Below, one piece after another: positions 36,693 to 47,920 of a stretch of DNA of 49,271 nucleotides. The notes under the pieces were generated by a model. It saw only the letters and a list, made by a program, of their open reading frames with translations. It did no database searches and was not told the origin of the DNA. A program made the translations under genes and the position numbers. This DNA is from Perkinsus olseni (Eukaryota). Where the stretch lies: positions 62,001 through 111,271 of the forward strand of contig JABANN010000037.1 in assembly GCA_013115125.1 (NCBI GenBank), written 5' to 3'. Position 1 is the first letter of the stretch; every line of letters begins with the position of its first letter.

Positions 36693-38509
36693 GATGATCG
36701 AATGGCGAGAGACTCGAGAAAACTAAAAGCAAAAAGATGCTGAACGGCGACTCGCTCAACGTCATATCATCTCAAGTTCAATAGGAAATTCTAAACTCCG
36801 GACTAATCGATCGTCACCTAAGGTAGGCTTCACACTTAGGCACTCACTAGCGAGCTACGCTAGAGCATAGCGCCCCACAGGTTGAGCTGGCTGGTGGTAT
36901 TCGATCTGATGAGCAATTGACGATACTTCCACTGATTTAAGAGCCTCTTAATAAGAGGTGAAGAGTAACTAGTTGACATGCTTGCTAGGACAAATTGCAC
37001 ATAGGAAGCACTACACCGTTCACCGCGCAAGTTCGTTGAGTGAGCAGGCGGTTTTTGAAACCAAGAGTAACAACGGAAACTCATGAAAAAACCCTCACGA
37101 CTCGCCTCTGCGAAGGCCTTGAGTTGCAGTGTCAAACTCAAGTGCGTATTGTCGATCTTGAATGCTCTATGTCATTCTCAAATCAAATATAGTCGATCTT
37201 GAATTGTACAAAAATAGTACTGGCAAAGTTGAGCTAGACAGTGTGAAACTTGAACCAGACGGGTTATGGGCGCGACATTGTTGAACTCTCATGGTCAAAC
37301 CTGCGTCCTCAAATATCACTTTCGAGTAGCAAAGGTGATGACCATCGCCTAATGATAAGCTGACCGAACGGGAAAAAACTAACTGGATGGGCGGACTTCT
37401 CGAGCCCTGGAGATGATGCTTGTTGTGGCACACCGGGGCGAGGCTTGTGTGACAGTCGTGGGCACAGCCCCCCGGAGGTGTAAGCGGATCCTGGAGGAGA
37501 GGAAGCTTCGCTGGTTGAATGTACCCCTGACGAAAGCTTCTTGACAATCTGTGTGATCGCACTGCACATCAACGCTACCGAGAGTCTCCAAGTGAGCACA
37601 TCTGCAAAAGTCTAACTAGGCCGGAGCCGGCGTTTGACTAAAAACTCACTCACACACTTTTACTTTTTTCAATTCTCAACGTTATTCTTGGTCACGGGTC
37701 AAGCTTTGTGGTGGAATCGTTGAGAAGGAGACAGCGTGACGTCGTGCGCAGTAGATGAAGTAGACAGATTAGCTATATTAGCCAGCGGCCCGCAATCGCG
37801 CCAAGCCAGCGCGCGGCCCCTCTTTACTTGGCCTCCCGACTCCCTATGTCGAGTTCCGAAGTTAGAACTGAGGAGAGACGACTACAAACTTGTACAGCAA
37901 ACGGTGTAGTTATGCAGCGAGTCGCTTGGATAGCAGTAGACGGACCAAACCACCCCGTTTCATTGTATTGGAGACAGCTTACACAATCGATCAATCTTGT
38001 TCCGACTCGGAACTTCCGAGGCAGTGTCCCTTGTCTAACATAGGCTAGCAGGACTACTTGGTCGATACCATTTCATCATCAATACTCAATCTTGTTGTGG
38101 TGTCTCAGATCCTTTATGCAAGTTATGCAAGACCCATGCAGAATCTGAACGGCCCACCGGGTCCACTGTGAGTCACAGTCTGCTTCACCTCAAGGATCGT
38201 CGCAACCCAAAAGGAGACAGCACCCATGTAGACGCGTGTGTCATGGGGACCGGGCGTGACCGAGGCTAGCACAATAAGTACCGCAGACGATATAGTAACT
38301 ACGAATGAGTGGGGCAGGTAAGGTTCCTGCTTCGTACCGGTATAAGTTATGCCGTATAAGCCGGCTACTCCCACGCGACGCGTACACGTGAGAACCCGTG
38401 TGGGGGGGGGCTAATTAAACTTGCTTCAAGGTCAGACCTTCATTTCGTGGAAACTGCCAACTGCGCTGCGCCTTAGAAGTGACCGACAGCGGGTGGATAT
38501 CCCTTCAGT

Positions 38510-40021
38510 ATGTCTATCTCACCCGGAGCCATGACCCCCAAAGAGCGCAGTAGAGTTACCGCTGATCTGACTCGAACTGCTACATTTCATATGCTGAAAC
38601 AGATCCCTCGCGAACTGCTCGAGCAAGACAATGAGGAGGGTCAGGCACTTAGGCAACAGTTGCTGCGTGGAGCGACTATTGCTGTGCTTTGTTCTGGCCC
38701 CAAGGACAAGAAGTCTATCTACCAGAGGGCCGCTGAGCTCGGTGTCAAGGTTGTTGTTATCGACTTCACGCACTCTTGGGGTGAGGAAATGGTTGCTGAG
38801 GGCATCATCGCCAAGTTCATTCCGATTGACTTCACCGCTGACAACGAGGTGCTCTTCCAGCAGGCTTTGGATGCTATCAAGTCGCTGGAGGAGGATCCTC
38901 TTGTTGGACCCGTCGACGGTATATGCACTTTCGTTGAGCTTGCCTTGTTCATGGCCGCCAGGCTGTGCAAGGGTCTAGGACTCCCCGGTCCCTCTGTCGA
39001 GTGCGTTGATATCGCTCGTGACAAGCACAAAACACGCGGAATAATGACGGCTAAGGGACTGCCATCCATTCGGAACTTCCTTATAACAGATCCGAATCAG
39101 CTCGAACAGGCGGCCCAACACGTCGGCTTCCCCGCTGTGCTCAAACCCATTGCTGGGGTGTCGTCACTCGGAGTACAAAAAGTATCCGACATGGACGACC
39201 TCAAACGCACATACGAAGGTCTCGTCCAGCTTCTGGCTGGTCTGAGGATGAAAGCTGGAAGGCTGGAACGGGTGGCTAAGGTTCGTACCGACTCTACCGT
39301 CTCTGAGGCGATCGAAGCTGATGGTATCAATGTTGAGCACGCCATTGCTGCCGACATGATGCTCGAGGAGTTTTTGGACGGCGACGAAGTGGATGTTGAG
39401 TGCATTTTTTGCGATGGCGAGTGCAGGTTCTGCTACGTTGTTGACAGCGGGCCAACCGTCGAACCGTACTTCACCGAAACCTGGGGTACCCTCCCTTCTC
39501 TTCTCCCCGAAGAAAAGGTTGCTGGTCTCAAGAAAATGGCTCAGGACGCTGTCGCTGCGATTGGTTTTACCCACGGAGTTTTTCATGTAGAGGGCAAGTT
39601 CACTAGCCGAGGGCCTCGCCTTATCGAGGTCAATGCCAGAATGGCAGGGGGTCTTTTCAGAACCATTTTCAGGCTCGTATATGGCGTCGACCTCGCTGTC
39701 GAGCAGCTCCTGATGACGGTTGGTATTCCCTCGAGGCCCCCAATAAAGTCGACTGGAATGTCTGCCGCCTTCGCTTCGGTTGGGGCTCCCAAATCTGGAG
39801 TCGTCGACAGCATCGAGTTTTTGGATAAGTTCCGTGACATCTCTGGGGTAGTGCAGTTGAGTGCTTACGTCAACGATGGTGAGGCCGTGATCGGCCCAGA
39901 GGATGGTATGCCGAGTTGGATTGCCAGGTTTGTCGTGTCCCTCAGTGACGTCCGTAAGGCCAAGGCTTTGGCTCAAAGACTCAGTGCGGAAATCGCTGCT
40001 GATTGTTCATATCGAATATGA
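38510..40021 (+). CDS. ATP-grasp domain ligase (carnosine synthase / L-amino acid ligase-like), intronless, 503 aa
   Basis: Motifs ARDKHKTR, GFPAVLKPIAGVSSLGV, LEEFLDGDEVDVE, GVFHVE and LIEVNARMAGG. Confidence 0.88.
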   Translation: MSISPGAMTPKERSRVTADLTRTATFHMLKQIPRELLEQDNEEGQALRQQLLRGATIAVLCSGPKDKKSIYQRAAELGVKVVVIDFTHSWGEEMVAEGIIAKFIPIDFTADNEVLFQQALDAIKSLEEDPLVGPVDGICTFVELALFMAARLCKGLGLPGPSVECVDIARDKHKTRGIMTAKGLPSIRNFLITDPNQLEQAAQHVGFPAVLKPIAGVSSLGVQKVSDMDDLKRTYEGLVQLLAGLRMKAGRLERVAKVRTDSTVSEAIEADGINVEHAIAADMMLEEFLDGDEVDVECIFCDGECRFCYVVDSGPTVEPYFTETWGTLPSLLPEEKVAGLKKMAQDAVAAIGFTHGVFHVEGKFTSRGPRLIEVNARMAGGLFRTIFRLVYGVDLAVEQLLMTVGIPSRPPIKSTGMSAAFASVGAPKSGVVDSIEFLDKFRDISGVVQLSAYVNDGEAVIGPEDGMPSWIARFVVSLSDVRKAKALAQRLSAEIAADCSYRI

Positions 40022-41400
40022 GTTTTTCTCTGCCTGACGGGCCAAGATGGCTGCGCAGCTTTTACGAACATCAAGCTTCAACAAACGTCATCTCAACGAT
40101 GGCTACATTCTCTCTTTTTTACTATTGAGAAGAGTACTTTACTATCACATTCACTTACTACTTTCTTCGGTGCGACTACAATCATTGAAGTTGCACTTAT
40201 TCCAAAAAGCTGTTGCCTTCATGTAGGTGAGTGGAGCTGCTAGTGGTGTAGTCCGGCCTAACTTCATTGTTCACCGGAGCATTGCCAAGATGACAGGTCA
40301 GCCACCATGTAAACACCCGAGCTAGGAAGGGGGCATTTTAGTGGAGGTCCTTGGCTTGCATATACCTCCCGAGAAAGCGGGCATGCTAGGAGATAAACAT
40401 CCTCTCTATATGGAACCCTCATAGAGAATGTCGACTGCTCCATCATTTGGGCAAGAGCCTCCATCTGAAGCCCTTTTGATGGGACGAGAAAATCATTCGC
40501 ACACAATAAAAACGTCCCCATAATCATCAAGAAAGCTCCCGTTTGATGCTCGTAGTGAGCCGAGCGTCCGCCTCTCATCGTGTAATCATCCAAAGGGAGT
40601 TGCCCGAACACCATTGTCCTAGGAGGATGTCATCTGTAACGGGCCTGCGGTGCTAGCTCACCTCTACGATGTGGTCATCAGGTTGGAGCGCCTCTGCTGG
40701 AAGGTCGTGATTGAAGACCCCGCTGAATGCACAAGTGACTCCTTCAACAAGTAGATAACTAGGGTAGTTATGATCGACGTCAACGCCCAGCCGCGATCCT
40801 GGCCAAGGGGGGCGGCGCATTCGGACCTCGCTGGAGCTATCCCGGCAATTTCGTCGTTCTCCTTCTACGCTAGCATGAATCCTGCAAACGATCTATTCAT
40901 AAGCACCCCAAGAACACCGTCTGAGCTGACCATGAACCATGCTCGTGCAGATAGTGCTGATCATATTGGTTTTCGTCCACCACACAGTGTGAACCAGTGG
41001 GCCATTCTTCCAGAAGACTACAACGTCAATGAGTCAACTCGGATATGGTTGACACGAGTTCCGGACACTTGCCATTAGCTATCTCAATAGAGCATCAAAA
41101 GTTCGTACTCAGCATAACGTGTAGCACTATAGGACCACCGCTGCCTCGCAAACTGTACTAGACTTTCCTATTGTCTGCAACTCCAGAACCCAGAGTAACA
41201 ACAAGGCCCCCAACGGATCTTGGTTCACGAGAATGGAGCTGTCGTCCCAACCGATACCTCTTCCACCCGCCCCTTCACAAACGCGAGACTTATGAAAGCA
41301 ATGGAAAACATATCCACGCAAACTCCCGGAGAACATACTCATCAACTACTCAACATCGTTTAGAGGTCAAAAAAACCAACACCTGTCCGGACTAAGTCCT

Positions 41401-41960
41401 TCAGCGCTGGCCCTTGGACAGGCCGAGAGACCTGAATCCTGCTGATGACATGATGAGAGTATCGCTGGACTCATCGTAGGTCATAGTCAGTCTGACTAAG
41501 TCAGACCCTGATCAATCAGGATAAGAGTCATACCAAGTTCGTTAGCCATGTCCGCCATCTGGGGATCATTGTAATCAGGCTCGAATTCCGTGCAGCCTTC
41601 ATAGTATAATCAACACCTTTTATGTTAACGAAGGGCATCACAGTCAGGTCGAAGCTTCCACTATCGATGGTGGCCTACACCCTCGAGCATGTGCTTCCCG
41701 CAACACTTTCCGCAAGGAGTAGCCGAACAGCTCCCACCGCTATTGTAAGTAGCAGATGTACTGTAGAACTAGCGGTAATCGTAGTGGAAGCACTCGCAGA
41801 TACCGTAGAAGAACTTGCCGAGGTTGAGTTAGTAGATACCAAGTAGAGTACTTGAAGTACTTCCTCTTCGTGGACCCATCCCGATCAAACCATCCAGAGA
41901 TCCCGTACTCGAGCTGCTCGGAGCTGAGATGCTAGGGAAAAGTGCCTCTTTGTGGCATGG
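41401..41960 (-). pseudogene. 5'-truncated, frameshifted copy of the LxGC surface-protein family (copy 2)
   Basis: High nucleotide similarity to 35817-36340 with indels (e.g. gtgcagccttc vs gtgcagcccttc). Terminal Cys codon changed to Arg. No signal-peptide region. Confidence 0.85.
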
Positions 41961-44730
41961 TCGAAGAGTATGAAGAAGAAGAGACGCCTCGACCTCCCGG
42001 TCTTGGATGGTTAAAAATGAGGTGTATTCTTGCGCCGCTGCGAGAAGACTTTCGGTTTCCAAGAGGCCTCAGGTCAGAGTATGGATAGGGATGCTTATCA
42101 AATCATGGCTCGATCAGTCTGTTCTCGTCAAATCCTTACGAAGAATAACGGATGAATGCAACCTCGTTACGAGGTCGTGGTATGATGACAGTTCCCCAAT
42201 CGAATGAAAGATGTACCAGTGACCGCAATTGCCGCACCAAATACGCTTCGTTGAACACGATGGGTATTACGTCCGGAAAGAGCATAGTTGACCAACCACC
42301 TTTGTAGTGGTAGCAGTAGCAGCTTTGTTGAGGTCCGAAGCACCTCGCTTGGAAGCTGAGGCTCAACGCGAGCTTCCCGATATCCACGGCCGTAAACGTA
42401 CCTACGCCGAGTGCATAGATTGGGTCTGTCGAGCCGCAATGGCCGTCGAGGGATACTGCACCTGCGACAAGCGGGAGAAGCAGGAGGCCGCTACGCTAAC
42501 CGACACTATTGAGAGGATTGACGCCCAGACCCAAACGTCACACGAGGACCATATCGGTGTTCAAGCGGCTGAGGGTTACTGAAACGGTATTTGTCTTCGA
42601 TCTACTTACTAAGTTTTTGATTCTGTGATGAAAACTATACGTAGTCCGCTGCCTAACGACTGTTTCTCGAATGGATAGTGCGTAGTGGATTACGATGAAG
42701 ATGATTATTATTATCATTATTATTATGGCATGATGAATCCTGTGGTTTCTTCTAGCATGAGGGTGGGTTGTCTTTAGAGTAAATACACAGTGTATTCGGG
42801 GGATTACACCTCGAAGTGACTTCGGGGAGCCGGATCGGAGTACACTTGCAATAGATTTACACAGCAAACTCGTGCACTGCATGCTAAACTACAGTGTAGT
42901 TACTACACTCTTTCAACTCGTACACCGTAATTTCGTACACCCTGCTAAAAAATTTTTTCTAAGTCGCGGAGCGTGATAGACGATACACCCTAGGCTAACA
43001 CCTTTAGGAAAATCTTCGGACAGAGACGCGAATTGGAATCACTAATTTACAGCTTGCGATCAGTGATAACGAGTCAGTGATGATGTTAGTTGGGCGCATT
43101 ATCCCATAATCTTCCAAGGTCATGCCTCTGCACGATCCCATAACAGACGCCACGGACGAAGAGCTGCGTAAGCGCTACCGGCTCTCTGCAGCCTCGTTGC
43201 GACAGCTGGCTAATATTCTGGAGTTGCGTGATTCTGGGAAACGCCACCATCCCATAACAAAGCTCTTGGTGGGCCTAAGATGCTTAGCGAGCGGGTGTTA
43301 TCAGCTAGGGGAGGCTGACACATTGGGGTGTTCCCAATAATACGTCTCCAGGAGTCTGGCAGAAGTGGTGGAGGCTATAGTTGTACACCGCAACTATTTC
43401 ATACGGTTTCCGAGCAACGCTACGATAGCCTCGGGGGATGCTGATGTGGATCCTCGTCTTCCAAATTGTATTGGTCTTCTTGACGGCACGCATGTATTGC
43501 TGAAGGATGTGGTGCCTAGCGCTGAAAGAGCTGACTACGTCGACTCGAAGCGCCACATATCCCTCAATGTGCAGGCATTGCTAGGAGCAGGCGGTAGATG
43601 GATATCCGTCAGTACCTCGAATGTTGGGTCGGCTCATGACGCGCGAGTTTATCAGTCTAGCCTTCTATCGAGGAGGGTGAGGACCATACCTCATGGGTAC
43701 TGGATTTGCGGTGATTCAGCGTATGGACTTGCTTCTACGCTCTACACCCCGTATGCGAACCCGCAGGCGAACTCTCCTGAGGCTGCTTTCAATGTAGCGC
43801 ACAAGAGCGTCCGTTCGGCGATCGAACGAAGGTTTCGGAAGCTCAAGCGCTCTTGGGCCATCTGCGATGGGAGGCTCCGCTTGAAACCGGTCGTGAAGTG
43901 CGCGAAGGCCGCTCTCGCTTGCTTCTGTCTTCATAACTTCCAATTGATGATGCAGGAGCCGGAGGAAGATGACGAAGAGGATGAAAGGGACAACGATGAA
44001 GACGCGGTTGGGGATAGAGGGGTGGATGTTGGAGCTGAGGCATTGCTAGGGTTGGAGAGTAGGGCTGCATATGTCGCGGCGCAATTCGCAGCGTAGTTCC
44101 ATCTTCAATATTTGATAGTGGAGTATTTTTCCTTTATGCTAGACCATGTTGAGTACCTGTTCAATTTGGTAAGGACATGCACAAGTCATCTGTTGCATGA
44201 TTAGACCCTCGGCGCGCGCTTTTGTACTTGCTCAGCCTGCGAACTCAGGTTCAGCGTGTTACACCCCTTGGGAAAAGCCCCGGTACCGGTTTTGCACGGT
44301 AAGTTGGTGTGATTCGTGGTGTGAGTTGCATTTTTGCTCAAGCTCAGAGTCCAACTCAAGACTAGACTCCCGACGTTCAGCGGCAGTGAGTTAGTAACTC
44401 AGAAATTGTCGATATTACTCATGAATCGCGAGCGTGACTCAATTGCGTGAGGTTTTACTCGATGTCGGCAGTGCTTACTCGGAGAAGGTGAGCTCGACTC
44501 AAGAGTTGAGCTCATGCAGTGAGTCGACTCGAGAGATCGAACTCTGGCTCACAACTCAGGCTATTTACTCGGTAACTCCAACTCAAGCTCCAATCTCATG
44601 CTTGAGACTCGTGAGTTCGTCCTCATACTCTCGCATTCGAACTCTGCGGCTGATTAGGCTCCAGAGGTAAACTCTTGAGGTGAGTTAACTCACGCGTGTG
44701 AGCCCGAACTCGCGATCCGCATACGGGCCC
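41961..44730 (+). mobile_element. PIF/Harbinger-type DNA transposon region (boundaries approximate)
   Basis: Contains a DDE_Tnp_4-type transposase and motif-rich flanks. The right boundary ...CCGCATACGGGCCC abuts the ATP-grasp remnant. No matching left TIR found. Confidence 0.6.
43122..44096 (+). pseudogene. Harbinger/PIF (HARBI1-like) DDE transposase with one in-frame stop
   Basis: HTH region DEELRKRYRLS...KLLVGLRCLASG, then CSQ*YVSR (TAA at 43338-43340). Continues CIGLLDGTHV, SLNVQA, GSAHDARVY, GDSAY and FNVAHKSVRSAIERRFRKLKRSW, with an acidic tail. Confidence 0.88.
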
Positions 44731-44838
44731 AGTTGGATTGCCGAGCTTCTCGTGTCCTTCAGTGACGTTCATAAGGCCAAGGCTTTGGCTCAAAAACTCA
44801 GCTCGGAAATCGCTGCTGATTGTTTATATCGAATATGA
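44731..44838 (+). pseudogene. 3' remnant (last ~35 codons) of a second ATP-grasp ligase copy
   Basis: SWIAELLVSFSDVHKAKALAQKLSSEIAADCLYRI* aligns with the end of 38510-40021, and the downstream flank is also homologous. Confidence 0.88.
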
Positions 44839-45320
44839 GAAGTTTCTGCCTACCTGATGAGCCGAAATGGCGCTTGCCTTTTGTAAACAGCAGGATTCAA
44901 CAAACGTCATCTTAACGATGGCCACATTTTCTCTTTTTTACTACTGCCGATGCGACCACCATCATTAAGGTTGCACCAATTTCAAAAAGCTGTTGCCTTC
45001 ATTCGGGTGAGTAGAGCTGGACTAGCTCAGCTAGTAGTGGTGTATTCCGCACTAAGTTCTCTATCCTGTTGACTCGAGCATCGCCAAGCAGATGACAGGT
45101 TGGACATCATCTAAACACCTAGCCAGGAGGCATTACAGTGGAGGTCATTGGCTTGGATATACCTCCCAAGCAAGCGGGCGAACTAGGAGATAAACCATCC
45201 TTTCAATATAGAACCCTCCTAGGGTATGTCTACACTGTTGACTACAGGTTCATCATCTGGGCCAAACGGCCATCAGGTTCGTCAGGGGCCATCATAGGGC
45301 CCCTAACGAACTTGCTTCAC

Positions 45321-45533
45321 GGGAATAGAACTGTCGTTCCAACCGATACCTCGTCCACCCCTCGGGAATAGAACTGACGTTCCAACCGATACCTCGTCCA
45401 CCCCTCGGGAATAGAACTGTCGTTCCAACCGATACCTCGTCCACCCCTCGGGAATAGAACTGACGTTCCAACCGATACCTCGTCCACCCCTCGGGAATAG
45501 AACTGTCGTTCCAACCGATACCTCGTCCACCCC
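45321..45533. repeat. 43-bp minisatellite, 5 copies
   Basis: Unit GGGAATAGAACTG[T/A]CGTTCCAACCGATACCTCGTCCACCCCTC starts at 45321, 45364, 45407, 45450 and 45493, with no spacers. Confidence 0.95.
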
Positions 45534-45719
45534 ACCCTTCACCAACGCGAGACTTTTGACTTAGTGCCAAATCTTTGTTGCAATTAGAACAGATTACCAA
45601 CGAATAACAGAAAGCAATAGAAAACATATTCACGCAAACTCATAGAAAACAACATACTCATAAACTACTTAACACCGTTTAGAGGTCAAAAAAGCCAACA
45701 CTCATTCAGACTACGCCCT

Positions 45720-46292
45720 TTAGCACTGGTCTTTAGAAAGGTCGAGAGAAACAACTCCCGCCATAGACATACTGAAGGTATCGTTCGACTCGTCGTAGGT
45801 AATTATCATAGCCTGTTCGAGCTGATCAGGAGTCATGCCTAGTTCTTTAGCCATATCCACCATCTGGGGATCATTGTAATCAGGCTCGAAGTCCGTGCAG
45901 CCTTTGATAGTATAATCAACACCGCTGATGTTAACTAAGGGCCTCACAGTCAAGTCGAAGCTTCCACTATCGATGGTGGCCGTACCCTTGAACATCATAT
46001 ACTTTCCGCAGTACTTCCCACTAGGAGTAGCCGAACAGCTTTCACCACTACTGGAAGTAGTAGTCGCAGAACCCGAAGACCCTGTAGTAGAATCGCCAGG
46101 AGCCGTAGTATCGGGGCGGAAAGGTCCCTCAGTTGTCGTTTCGAGAGGAGATACTGTGGTACCCTGGGCAGCACCCGTAGTGGCTACAGTAGTTGTCGTA
46201 GTAGGAGCAACAGTAGTCGTTGTATCATCATCACTGCAACCCGTCAAAGAGAGAGCGACAATAACAGAGGCAGCAATGGCGTAGAACTTCAT
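45720..46292 (-). CDS. LxGC surface-protein family copy 3 (short stalk)
   Basis: MKFYAIAASVIVALSLTGC-SDDD, Thr-rich stalk, CSATPSGKYCGKYMMFKG...SKDQC*. C-domain is nearly identical to copy 1. Confidence 0.87.
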   Translation of the reverse strand: MKFYAIAASVIVALSLTGCSDDDTTTTVAPTTTTTVATTGAAQGTTVSPLETTTEGPFRPDTTAPGDSTTGSSGSATTTSSSGESCSATPSGKYCGKYMMFKGTATIDSGSFDLTVRPLVNISGVDYTIKGCTDFEPDYNDPQMVDMAKELGMTPDQLEQAMIITYDESNDTFSMSMAGVVSLDLSKDQC

Positions 46293-47920
46293 TGTAAGGG
46301 AACACGAATTGAATTGAAAAACAGCACGTTTCAAACTGAATGTGATGAATATGAAATAGCAGACAGGCGACATGGTCCCTGCACAACCATTACATTCATC
46401 TAAAGGGAATCACACTAATTTCGTACTGGGCTCTTCAAGCGAACCCTAACCTGCGACTCACATATCTACCATGACTTCCTCTATGCTACACCATTTGTGC
46501 GTATGAGTTTACATCATGTGTAGCGCTGAGCAAGCTACGCTAGTAGCCTCCCCGTAGGACACAATAGGGGGACCCCTGGTTATCACAAGTGTGTGTCCTC
46601 GTGGTTCCCGCGCGTTTTGCTCGTTCGCCTCGATCTGAGTCAGGGGTTGCCTTGAAACTGTAGTAGAGGCTCAGTTACCGAGTCGCTATCAAGAATACTA
46701 GTGGTCCCACATCATCCGCCGATGAAGTCATGGGATCCTGTGTTTTATGAAGCTACCTTCAATTTTTAGTAGCACGGGCTGCAGCACACTACATGTATCT
46801 GAACGAGCTAGGGAGTGGAGTGGACAAGTCACTCGGCACAAATGGGCGATTGTGCGCTTCGCGAAGCATGCCACAATACGAAGTTAAATTGAAGTTGAAT
46901 TATTGAATGATGCCATTCGCGAGGTAACGTACTCTCACATCATTGTCGATCCATGCAGCGTTACTGGTGTTATCCATCCTTCACCACAAACGAGAATTAG
47001 TGTGTCTTCAGCCACTGGATCCGTCCTTTGCCGAAAAGAGGAGCTCCGCATGTGCGAGAGGTACCGTTAATGCTTGCTTGACCGATGAGAGGTTTCCCGA
47101 GACCTGGAGGGGTCTTTACAAGAGGAGCGCGAAACGCTTCTTCCTCGAGGAATTCTCTTACTGCGGAGGTCCACTGTTATGCTTGGCGAAGGATCAGGGG
47201 ACCCCTCGAGCTTCAAGAGCCGACCCTTGCGAAAAGCCCTAGGATGCGATGGCTGAAGTGAAGCTAACTAAGAGAGTCATCGCAAAGTGGCCAGTGTTTG
47301 ACGAAGGGAGAACGGGGGCGCCGAGGGCGGACTAATCAGGACTCACGAGCACAGTAAGCTGGGGGACCCGCACCCTACACACCTCCTTCTTCATCGTAGC
47401 TATTGGAGAAGACTCGAAACATTCGCACGGTCAGGCCATTTGCACGCGTACGCAGCTATGAAGGGCGAAGTGAGCAGACAAAGAATCATCCCTTGCCACT
47501 TAACGAGTGGTCACCAACCTCGAGTACGCCGTCAAGGGTAACCTCAACACAAGTTAGGAGTATATGTTTCTGGGTGACTAACTCGGTACCGCAGGGTTGG
47601 ATAGTTCGCCTCGCTTACGCGCTGAGGATGTAGCACAACGGACTGTCTCCCGCATGAGATCCAAGTTTGGGATTTCAATTGGCGAGGTGTTGGGTGTCCT
47701 CTGCACTGTGTCGTGTCAGGCGGTGAGTTATTTACGTTAGGGAAAATAGCACGTCGTAATCTTCCAAGCGTTGCCTTATTTGGAGCTCCTCGAATCGCGG
47801 TAGATACTCCGAGAGTGGATGCGGCTTGGTTGTCTGGACGGTAGGCTCATCTGGCCAGGATTCAGAGAGATCAATTCCTACGGGCATGCAAAGTCGGTAG
47901 GTTCCTTCTTTTATTCAACC

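Noticed and set aside
36860-38400. Short ORFs between surface gene copy 1 and the ATP-grasp gene
   Set aside because: No coherent exon chain or recognisable domain.
39164-39976. 270-aa antisense ORF within the ATP-grasp gene
   Set aside because: No recognisable motifs; expected antisense shadow from codon bias.
45321-45533. CRISPR array
   Set aside because: Units are contiguous with no unique spacers, there are no cas genes, and the context is eukaryotic. It is a minisatellite.
46700-47340. Possible decayed retroelement or gene fragment (CLTDERFPETWRGLYKRSAKRFFLEE)
   Set aside because: No diagnostic RT, integrase or other motif is visible; it needs a profile search.
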